Assembly (NCBI GenBank): GCA_010092845.1
Contig: JAADYW010000098.1
Coordinates: 1 to 56,183, forward strand
From: Chloroflexota bacterium
GTDB taxonomy: Bacteria; Chloroflexota; Anaerolineae; Aggregatilineales; J027
Direction of reading: 5' to 3'
DNA length: 56,183 nt
Every line of letters starts with the position of its first letter. The stretch's first letter is position 1. A program made the position numbers and the translations under genes. Positions 36,185 to 43,724 of the stretch are shown here, piece by piece. The notes beneath the pieces are model-generated. The model saw only the letters and a program-made list of their open reading frames with translations. It did not search any database and had not been told where the DNA came from.

Positions 36185-37048
36185 CTAGAGGTCTTGGCGG
36201 CGAAAAATGACGACCGTGGCGGCGAGCAAGCCCAGGAGCCAGAGCGCCAGCGCAAATATCGAAGGGACAAGCGCGACTTCGAGCTCTTCTGAGATGAAAA
36301 CGGCGCCCTCGCCTGTGTTGATCCAGGCGGCGATATTATCAGCATGAAATGCTGGTACCAATACGAGCAGGTTATTGACCCAATCCCATTGAAAAATATC
36401 GGCTATGAGCGATAGGATGGGCGGAATACCCAGAAATTCTACCAGGGCGAAAAAGGTGCTCACCAGCACGCCAAAAAGGATCGAACGGGTCCAGATCGAA
36501 ATCAAAATGGCGATATTGGCCACCACCAGGAAGCTGGCCAGTCCCAGCGCAACATTGGCCAGCAGGTTGCCGGTGAAATCCGCCAACACAGCGGCGCTCA
36601 AGGCCGGTGGGTAGCCAGCACCTAGCAATAGGTTCATTGCCCCGAGGCTGATTACCAGCACCAGCATCATCACAGCGAAAGCAATCAGGATGACAATCGC
36701 CATAACCACATATTTTGCCAACAGCATTTTAATCCGGGTGTTTCCGGGGAGCACTGTCTTCCAGGTGCCATGCTGGTATTCACCCGCGAATACAGTGGCC
36801 ACAAAGCCCATCAACAACAGACGCCCCAACACGCTATTGAGCGCTTGCCACGGTCCTAACGCCGCATCCGTCCATCTGACGGGCGAATCAACATAGGCGG
36901 CCTGAGAGCCACTGCCCCGCGCGACAAAAGCCAGATAGATCAGTGTCACCATGCCGCAGGCCAGAAATGGCCATATCCAGATCAGGCATCCCATCAGAAT
37001 GCGATTGCCGGTGATCTTATGCCATTCTGCACGGAATAGCGCCATCAT
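36185..37048 (-). CDS. ABC-2 type transporter permease
   Basis: Six predicted TM helices and an ABC-2-like 'FRAEWHKITGNRIL' N-terminus. I prefer the ATG at 37048, which forms an ATGA overlap with the ATPase stop; the track start is GTG 37057. Confidence 0.65.
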   Translation of the reverse strand: MMALFRAEWHKITGNRILMGCLIWIWPFLACGMVTLIYLAFVARGSGSQAAYVDSPVRWTDAALGPWQALNSVLGRLLLMGFVATVFAGEYQHGTWKTVLPGNTRIKMLLAKYVVMAIVILIAFAVMMLVLVISLGAMNLLLGAGYPPALSAAVLADFTGNLLANVALGLASFLVVANIAILISIWTRSILFGVLVSTFFALVEFLGIPPILSLIADIFQWDWVNNLLVLVPAFHADNIAAWINTGEGAVFISEELEVALVPSIFALALWLLGLLAATVVIFRRQDL

Positions 37049-38001
37049 GCCTGCCACCCCTCCAGATTGCGCAATTGGGGGGATCCCGTCAGGGTGAAGA
37101 AGAAATCCTCCAGTGTTTGGCGCCGTTGGACGACTTGAAACACTTCTACATTGTGTTCGATCAGATGGCGTAGTATGGCCGGCGCTTCATCACGCGGGGC
37201 ATCGACGATGACCTTCCCATCCGCAGTCTGCTGGGCCGCCCAGCGCTCCTGGAGCAGTTCAAGCGTGCGATTAACCGGCGTGCTTTCAATCTCAAGCTGG
37301 GGCTTTTGGTCCAGTAGCTCTGCGATGGTGCCTTCGCGCAGAATACGGCCCTGATGTATGATCGCGACCGCGTCACAGATTTGCTGAACTTCACCCAATA
37401 GATGGCTGCTGAGAAAGACGGTTTTGCCATAGCGGTGGGCGAGATCGCGAATAAAAGTCCGCATTTCGCGTATGCCGGCCGGGTCCATGCCATTGGTTGG
37501 CTCATCCAGAATAATGAGATCCGGATCCTGGAGGAGGGCTGCTGCCAGGCCTAGCCGTTGGCGCATCCCGGTCGAGTATTTGCCCACCCGCACCATGGCC
37601 ACCTCGGCCAGGCCAACGAGATCAATGAGCCGTCTAGCGCGCTCCTCGTCTAGCCCGCCCTGGCTGCAACCAGCTACCCGCAGGTTGTCCCATCCAGTCA
37701 GGTAAGGGTAGAAGGCGGCGCCTTCTACCAGGGTGCCCACCTGGCGCAAAATCGCGGGATTCCCGCGCGGATCCTGGCCGAATATGGTCGCCTGCCCAGC
37801 AGTGGGGTGGATCAGATTGAGTAGCATGCGGATAGTCGTGGTTTTCCCTGCGCCATTTGGTCCCAGGAAGCCGAAAACCTGCTGCCCAGTCACTTGTAGA
37901 TTGATACCATCCACTGCCCTCTTCTGCTGGGTGCCACGGCCAAATACCTTGGTCAGGTTTTCGACCTGAATGATCGGACCATCCACCACGACAGGATACA
38001 C
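37045..38001 (-). CDS. ABC transporter ATP-binding protein (ABC-2 / CcmA-type)
   Basis: Walker A 'GPNGAGKTTT', signature 'YSTGMRQRLGLA', Walker B 'LIILDEPTNGMD' and H-loop 'SSHLL'. Confidence 0.85.
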   Translation of the reverse strand: MYPVVVDGPIIQVENLTKVFGRGTQQKRAVDGINLQVTGQQVFGFLGPNGAGKTTTIRMLLNLIHPTAGQATIFGQDPRGNPAILRQVGTLVEGAAFYPYLTGWDNLRVAGCSQGGLDEERARRLIDLVGLAEVAMVRVGKYSTGMRQRLGLAAALLQDPDLIILDEPTNGMDPAGIREMRTFIRDLAHRYGKTVFLSSHLLGEVQQICDAVAIIHQGRILREGTIAELLDQKPQLEIESTPVNRTLELLQERWAAQQTADGKVIVDAPRDEAPAILRHLIEHNVEVFQVVQRRQTLEDFFFTLTGSPQLRNLEGWQA

Positions 38002-38006
38002 TTCCC

Positions 38007-38600
38007 CTATGTCTTCTGTAGGGTTGCTTCAGACCGCAAAACAGGTAACATCTGAGCAGCGAGGCCCCATTGGAACAAACGGATCATTACCGCCAGGCGA
38101 AGCGCATTCTCAGCGTCAGGATCACGCACCGGGGTGAACAATTCTTCTAGCGTCTGCGCGCGCGCCGTGGCGGGCATGGCGGGCTGCCAGGTCTCGCTCA
38201 GGCGCCAGAAGGCAGCATATAGCTCCCAGGCCGCCGCAGCGTGTAAGGCGGCGAAATCCGTCTCCCACTGACGCACGAATTGGTAGGTGCTGAGGGTGTC
38301 GAGGGCCAGGCGAAAACCATCGGCGGTCAGATTCCACAAATTGGTCTTGCGGTTGGAGAAGATCTCCTCAGTGACATTGATGCCTGTCGAGGTGACAGCC
38401 AGGCCCGTGGCGATGACGGGAAACTGGCGTGTCCCGATCTTGCTCTGTACAGCGCTCAGATAGCGAAAGAAGTGCCCGGCCAGGTCGCGTGCAATGGGTG
38501 CTTCTGGATGGCGGCTGGCCAGTAAACCCGCATGCAGATGCCAGAGCCCTTCGGGCGATGGTTTTTCGAGCACCTGCTCCACTAGCAGTGTGAGGCCCAT
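38007..38600 (-). CDS. Hypothetical protein (197 aa), no recognisable family
   Basis: This ORF is wedged 2 nt after the MoxR stop and 5 nt before the ABC ATPase start. It is helical and Trp/Ala-rich, with no clear TM helices or motifs. The coding call rests on its tight packing in the operon. Confidence 0.5.
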   Translation of the reverse strand: MGLTLLVEQVLEKPSPEGLWHLHAGLLASRHPEAPIARDLAGHFFRYLSAVQSKIGTRQFPVIATGLAVTSTGINVTEEIFSNRKTNLWNLTADGFRLALDTLSTYQFVRQWETDFAALHAAAAWELYAAFWRLSETWQPAMPATARAQTLEELFTPVRDPDAENALRLAVMIRLFQWGLAAQMLPVLRSEATLQKT

Positions 38601-38602
38601 GG

Positions 38603-39604
38603 TTAGCCTTCCTGTCCTACCTTTTCGAGCATATCCTCAATAATCTGGTCGGCGGTAATGCCCTCTGCCTGGGCTTCGAAATTGAGCAAGAGACGGTGCC
38701 GGAAAACGGCCGCCGCGATCTGGCGGATATCGTCAAAGGCGACATTGTAGCGGCCTTCGAGAAGGGCATTGACTTTGGATCCCAGGATCAGCGCCTGGCC
38801 GCCGCGTGGGCTGGAGCCATAGCGTACATACTGTTTGACCATATCCGGTGCGTCGGGATATTCCGGGTGCGTCGAGACCACCAGCCGGGCCACATATTCA
38901 CTGACGTGCGAGGCAATCGGTACCTGTAGCGCCAGCTCGCCCATGGCGATAATCTGCTCCGCATCGACGACTGGTTCGGGCTCTGCTGCATATGAGCCTG
39001 TTGTCCGGTTGAAGATCTCGACCAACTCGTTGGCGTTGGGAAAGGTGACATCCACCTTGAACATGAAGCGGTCGAGCTGGGCCTCGGGCAGGGGATAGGT
39101 TCCCTCCATTTCAAGGGGGTTTTGCGTTGCCAGGACGAAGAACGGCGCCTCTAATTCATAGGTTTGATTGGCGACTGTGACACGCTTTTCCTGCATTGCT
39201 TCCAACAGGGCAGATTGGGTCTTGGGGGTCGCGCGGTTGATCTCATCGGCGAGCACCAGGTTGGCGAAAACGGGTCCGGCCTGGAACCGGAACTCGCGGC
39301 GACCGTCCTCGCGCTCTTCCAGGATGTCAGTTCCAACGATGTCGGCGGGCATCAAGTCCGGTGTGAACTGAATCCGGGCAAATTTGAGGTTCATCGCCTG
39401 GGCCAGCGTACGGATGAGCATGGTCTTGCCAAGCCCGGGCACACCTTCTAGCAAGGCATGACGGCCAGCGATAACGCAGATAAGAGCCTGGCGAATCAGA
39501 TCCGTCTGGCCAACAATCACCTTGCGGACTTGATCAACAATGGCCTGGGCACGTTCGGAGAACTCTTCGATGCTCATTTCGAGAGTCGGCGGTGCGTCTG
39601 TCAT
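38603..39604 (-). CDS. MoxR family AAA+ ATPase
   Basis: Carries Walker A 'GVPGLGKT', Walker B and sensor '[23 protein letters not shown]', 'FVLATQNP' and 'GSSPRG'. A GAAGGAG Shine-Dalgarno lies upstream. Confidence 0.9.
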   Translation of the reverse strand: MTDAPPTLEMSIEEFSERAQAIVDQVRKVIVGQTDLIRQALICVIAGRHALLEGVPGLGKTMLIRTLAQAMNLKFARIQFTPDLMPADIVGTDILEEREDGRREFRFQAGPVFANLVLADEINRATPKTQSALLEAMQEKRVTVANQTYELEAPFFVLATQNPLEMEGTYPLPEAQLDRFMFKVDVTFPNANELVEIFNRTTGSYAAEPEPVVDAEQIIAMGELALQVPIASHVSEYVARLVVSTHPEYPDAPDMVKQYVRYGSSPRGGQALILGSKVNALLEGRYNVAFDDIRQIAAAVFRHRLLLNFEAQAEGITADQIIEDMLEKVGQEG

Positions 39605-39686
39605 GATCTACTCCTTCGCAATAACGGTCAACTGCACTAGGTCTACTTGATCGCCAGGGTTAGGGTTGGGTTCTGGCTATGCACCA

Positions 39687-41633
39687 CTAATCTTGAGGCT
39701 CAAGCGATGTGAAATAGGCGTGGATGTAGTCGCGTAGCCCAATCGGGATATAGTCGCTATCGAGTGCCTTCTGAACCTCACCCTGATATTGCTGGAAGAC
39801 ACGATCATACGGCACAACCGATTCACCGCTGAATTCATCGTTGAAGACTTCATTGATGGGATCACCCTCGTCCTCGGAGACTTCGCCACTGAGCGACATC
39901 TCCGAGTCCTCCCCACCGCTGTCACCAATCCGCTGGGGGGAGTAAACCGACTCGAAGTCGCGCATATCTTCATCGCCCGGATTGTTATTAATCTCTCCGG
40001 GGCCAGGCTGTTCGCCGGCACCGCCGGGTTGCTCCTCGGAGCCACTGGGGTTACCGGTATCGCCCGCACCTGAGGCACTGGCTTGCCCTTGCGAGGCCCC
40101 TGTCTGCTGCTGGGACTGTGAGGCCTGGCCCTGGCTACCTTGCTGGCTATCGCTATCGCCCTGGCCTTCACCGGGCTGTTGGCCGCCCTGCTGACCCTCC
40201 GCGGGCTGTCCTGGCTGCTGACCTTCTGTGTTCTCACCGGAGGGCTGTTGGCCTTCACTGCTCTCCCCGGATTCACCATTTTGCTGCTGTGTCTGTCCGG
40301 TTCCCTGCTGATTTTGGCCAGATTGTTGTTCCGTGCCCTGGCTTTCTTGCCCTTCGCCCTGTTGCGGTTGCTGGCCACCGGGCTGCTGTTGCCCAGGTTG
40401 TTGTTGCTCTTCGCTTCCGGATGCATCATCCTGAGTGGACTCGATCATCTCACGGCGGCTTTCGGCGACGTCGTCGGCGAGTTCTTCAGCCGCATCCGCC
40501 TGCGACTGATTCTGCTGGCCTTGCTCCCGCATTTGCTCAGCGGCTTCCTCTAGCGCCTCTTGGGCCTGCTGGGTATTGCCTTCGCGCAATGCCTCAGCCG
40601 CATCGCGCAGCGATTCGGCTAATTCTGGATCGGTTGATTCCAGAGCGTCTGCGGCCTCTTCGAGCTGGTCGGCCAACTCCTGGCGTTCTTCTTCAGAGAG
40701 GTTATCGAGATTGTCGGCCAGTTCTTCGGCTTCTTCAGCCGCCTGCTCCTGGTCGCGATTCTCCATTGCCTCACCGAGCTCGCTCGAAGGCTCGCTATTC
40801 TGCAGCGCGCTTCCGGCGTTTTCGAGCGCCTGCCGCTCATCACTGCTCATGCCATCCGTCGCCATCTCGCGGAGCTCTTGTTCGGCTTCGGATAGGGCGG
40901 CTACCGCCTCCGCTTCCGAGATCTCATCGCGTTCCAGGTTCTCGATGGCTTCGTCGATTGGCTCGGACAACTCCTGCTGTTGGGCTTCGCTTAGATCAGC
41001 ATTCTCGAGGACTTCCTCGCGGCTTCCTTCTAGCTCCTCGATGCGCTCGTCAATTTCACGATCAAGTGCTTGCTGAGCCAGAACCTGGTCAGTATAGGGG
41101 TTTTCAAAGAGCAACGAGCCCACGAAGACAATCAGCGATAGGACGAGGACGGCTACCTCTAGCCAGCGGACACGCAGGGGTAGAAGATGGGCCAGATTGA
41201 CCTTTTTCGCTGCGATGCGGGCATCCTCGATCTGGTGGGTCACGAAGACTTTCGGGGCAAAGAGCTGCCCAGAACCAAGTTCGAGGGCCGTGCTCATTCG
41301 CTCCTTCAACCCAAAGCGCCGGTCAAAATCCTGGGCAGAGAAATGCGTTTCCCGCGGCCAGAGCCACACCAGAACCAGCGACAGCACACCAGTCGCGGCA
41401 ATCGCGATGAGGCCGTTGCGTAGGATTTCTTCCGGCAGCAGCCAGGGACGCATGCGCGAGATGAACGTGATTATCAGGGCGATCAGCAGGCCGACAAGCA
41501 GCCCGCGCGGCACCCAGATCAGTGTTCTGGCCACGCGCAGGCGTGTGTTCCAGCGCTGCAAATACTCGCTCAGAACGGTATGACTGTCGAGAAGCAGTGA
41601 TTGGGTCTGGCCTTGCTTGATTACCCGCTGCAT
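39687..41633 (-). CDS. Membrane protein with acidic coiled-coil region and Gln/Gly/Glu/Ser-rich low-complexity region
   Basis: Three TM helices lie in the first ~190 aa. A strongly acidic helical region and then a Q/G/E/S-rich tract follow. The ordered C-terminus reads 'VVPYDRVFQQYQGEVQKALDSDYIPIGLRDYIHAYFTSL'. I prefer the ATG at 41633 (GAGGGA 9 nt upstream) over 41681. Confidence 0.6.
   Translation of the reverse strand: MQRVIKQGQTQSLLLDSHTVLSEYLQRWNTRLRVARTLIWVPRGLLVGLLIALIITFISRMRPWLLPEEILRNGLIAIAATGVLSLVLVWLWPRETHFSAQDFDRRFGLKERMSTALELGSGQLFAPKVFVTHQIEDARIAAKKVNLAHLLPLRVRWLEVAVLVLSLIVFVGSLLFENPYTDQVLAQQALDREIDERIEELEGSREEVLENADLSEAQQQELSEPIDEAIENLERDEISEAEAVAALSEAEQELREMATDGMSSDERQALENAGSALQNSEPSSELGEAMENRDQEQAAEEAEELADNLDNLSEEERQELADQLEEAADALESTDPELAESLRDAAEALREGNTQQAQEALEEAAEQMREQGQQNQSQADAAEELADDVAESRREMIESTQDDASGSEEQQQPGQQQPGGQQPQQGEGQESQGTEQQSGQNQQGTGQTQQQNGESGESSEGQQPSGENTEGQQPGQPAEGQQGGQQPGEGQGDSDSQQGSQGQASQSQQQTGASQGQASASGAGDTGNPSGSEEQPGGAGEQPGPGEINNNPGDEDMRDFESVYSPQRIGDSGGEDSEMSLSGEVSEDEGDPINEVFNDEFSGESVVPYDRVFQQYQGEVQKALDSDYIPIGLRDYIHAYFTSLEPQD
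39987..40421 (-). repeat. Low-complexity coding tract (imperfect EGQQP/GQQ-type repeats)
   Basis: Over aa 421-565 of the track ORF I count about 43 Gln in 145 residues. The rest is mostly G, E, S, P and T, with no Lys or Arg. This tract generates long spurious ORFs in other frames. Confidence 0.8.
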
Positions 41634-41714
41634 ATTGTATGTTCCCTCACCTAACGACGATGGTCTGCCTATAATACACAATCCACCGTATGAATGTTTG
41701 GAATCAATCCGTTC

Positions 41715-42638
41715 TTAATCGTCGATCCGTTTGAGAACCCACGTTGTACGCACAAAAATGACCGCTGATATGGCCAGATAGAGGATAGTGAAAATAATCC
41801 AGGGCGACGGCAGTGTAGCGGTGGTCCCATCAGTGAATTCGTGCTCGAAAGTGAAGATCTGCTGTTGGTTAATCAGCAAATCCTGAGAGATGAGCAGCGT
41901 GGTGAGCGGGTTCAAGCAGACGAAGAGGCCCTGTAGCAAAAGCAGCCCCCATTCTGCCGCTTTGCTGATCGCGTTGCGCTCGGCAGCAGCGCTGATCGAG
42001 AGCAACATGATTACAGCCATTGCGGTGCCAATGGCGATTGACATGGCCGTCACATAGGTCATGATATTCGCGCGCAGTGTCCGCCGCGAAAGCGATGAGA
42101 AATAGATCCCCAGCGTGCCCAGCAACGTGGCCGTGGCCAGCAGCGTAATGAAGGAAATATAGACTTCTGGAACATCGACACCGCCAAACAGGAAGGCGAT
42201 GCTCTGTAGAGGAATCGCCGCCAGTAGCAGGAGCACGACATATGCCAGCGCTGAAAAGAGCTTACCCCAGACGAGCGAACGCTCGGGAAGCAGCGTCGTT
42301 CGTAACAGGTCATAGGTCTGGTGCTCGTGCTCGCCGCTGATGGCACTGGCGGTAAAGGCAGGGGTGATGAAGGTCACTAGAAACAGCTCCATCGCTACTA
42401 CTGAGCTGAACAGCAAGCGCCCAACCGTGCCCCCGTCTACTTCACCCGTGGTGCTCAGGGAGGCTGAAGTGGTGGCCAGGTAGATGATAATGGTGAAGCC
42501 GCCCACAACGATCAGATAACCAGTCAGCACGACAAAGGCACGCGGGCCGCGCATACGCCCCCGGAGTTCCTTCAGTGCGACGGGATTGGACAATATAAGA
42601 TCCAGCGGGCTGCGTAGCCGGCGTCGCGTGGTCGCCAT
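41715..42638 (-). CDS. ABC-2 type transporter permease
   Basis: A basic N-terminus with 'NPVALKELRGRMRG' is followed by six TM helices. It starts 15 nt after the ATPase stop. Confidence 0.65.
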   Translation of the reverse strand: MATTRRRLRSPLDLILSNPVALKELRGRMRGPRAFVVLTGYLIVVGGFTIIIYLATTSASLSTTGEVDGGTVGRLLFSSVVAMELFLVTFITPAFTASAISGEHEHQTYDLLRTTLLPERSLVWGKLFSALAYVVLLLLAAIPLQSIAFLFGGVDVPEVYISFITLLATATLLGTLGIYFSSLSRRTLRANIMTYVTAMSIAIGTAMAVIMLLSISAAAERNAISKAAEWGLLLLQGLFVCLNPLTTLLISQDLLINQQQIFTFEHEFTDGTTATLPSPWIIFTILYLAISAVIFVRTTWVLKRIDD

Positions 42639-42653
42639 CAGTACTTCCTTTGC

Positions 42654-43706
42654 TTAGGTTACAATGCCTTTGGTGACCTTCATGAATACCGTTTCCAGGT
42701 TTGAGGATTCTTCAGCGAAATTGACCACTGGAATTGAGCGGGTGGTCAATGCCTGGAGCATCTCGCTAACACCGGTATCCTCTCCCGAAAACTCGATACG
42801 CAGACGCGGCTTGTTGTCCTCCGGGTCCAGCTCGGTGATACTCTGGATGTCCGGCAGTTGGGAAATCGCCTCTTTGGCCTCGTCGATCTGACCCAGTAAG
42901 GTCACAATGATGACACGATGCGGCATCAACTGCTTACGCATCTCTTTGATCGGTCCCTGGGCCACCATTTCGCCAGCCTCGATAATCCCGATATGGGTGC
43001 AGATCTCGCTCACATCCGCCAGGATGTGGGAGGAGAAGAAGATGGTCTTGTCCATCTTGGCCAGCTCGATCAATAGCTCGCGAATTTCAACCCTGGCGCG
43101 CGGATCCAGGCCAGATGCCGGCTCGTCGAGGATAAGGACCGATGGATCGTGAGCCAGTGTCCGCGCCAGGCAGAGGCGTTGCTTCATGCCGCGGCTGAGC
43201 TTGTCCACCATATCATCACGACGATGGCTGAGGTCGACAAGTTCCAGTAGATCACGGATCAGGCCGGGACGGTCGTTTTCAGGGATCTCATAACAGGCGG
43301 CAAAGAAATCTAGATACTCCCAGACCTTCATGTCCTCATAGACACCAAAGAAGTCCGGCATGTACCCGATCGAGCTGCGGACCTCTCGGGGCTGCTGAGT
43401 TACCGAAAAGCCGTTGACATAGGCCTCACCGGAGGTCGGACGCATGAGCGTCGTCAGGATTCGCATGGTGCTTGTCTTGCCGGCACCATTGGGCCCAACG
43501 AAGCCATAGATCGCCCCCCGGGGCACCTGCAGGTCCAGGTTGTTGACCGCGTGTAGCTTGCCATAACGCTTGTTGAGCGCCCGCGTTTCGATTATCAGAT
43601 CCGTTTCGTCAATGTCGACAGCGAACTTTGGTCCTTTAAGTGCTTCGGCGGCACTCATTTCTTCGATGCCCTCGGCTGGGGGGTTCATGGGCTCAGACAT
43701 TACCAA
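42654..43706 (-). CDS. ABC transporter ATP-binding protein (ABC-2 type, with C-terminal accessory domain)
   Basis: Carries Walker A 'GPNGAGKTST', signature 'LSRGMKQRLCLA', Walker B 'VLILDEPASGLD' and 'SSHIL'. About 100 extra C-terminal residues follow. Confidence 0.85.
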   Translation of the reverse strand: MVMSEPMNPPAEGIEEMSAAEALKGPKFAVDIDETDLIIETRALNKRYGKLHAVNNLDLQVPRGAIYGFVGPNGAGKTSTMRILTTLMRPTSGEAYVNGFSVTQQPREVRSSIGYMPDFFGVYEDMKVWEYLDFFAACYEIPENDRPGLIRDLLELVDLSHRRDDMVDKLSRGMKQRLCLARTLAHDPSVLILDEPASGLDPRARVEIRELLIELAKMDKTIFFSSHILADVSEICTHIGIIEAGEMVAQGPIKEMRKQLMPHRVIIVTLLGQIDEAKEAISQLPDIQSITELDPEDNKPRLRIEFSGEDTGVSEMLQALTTRSIPVVNFAEESSNLETVFMKVTKGIVT

Positions 43707-43724
43707 TTACTCCTTGAAAAACAC

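Noticed and set aside
39677-41200. Long alternative-frame and antisense ORFs: 40118-41200 + (360 aa), 40140-40553 +, 40576-41076 +, 39982-40194 + and 39677-40429 - (250 aa).
   Set aside because: All lie inside the low-complexity acidic and Gln-rich coding tract. Their translations are monotonous R/P/S/A/L strings typical of off-frame reading of repetitive GC-rich codons. The sense frame has TM helices and an ordered C-terminus.
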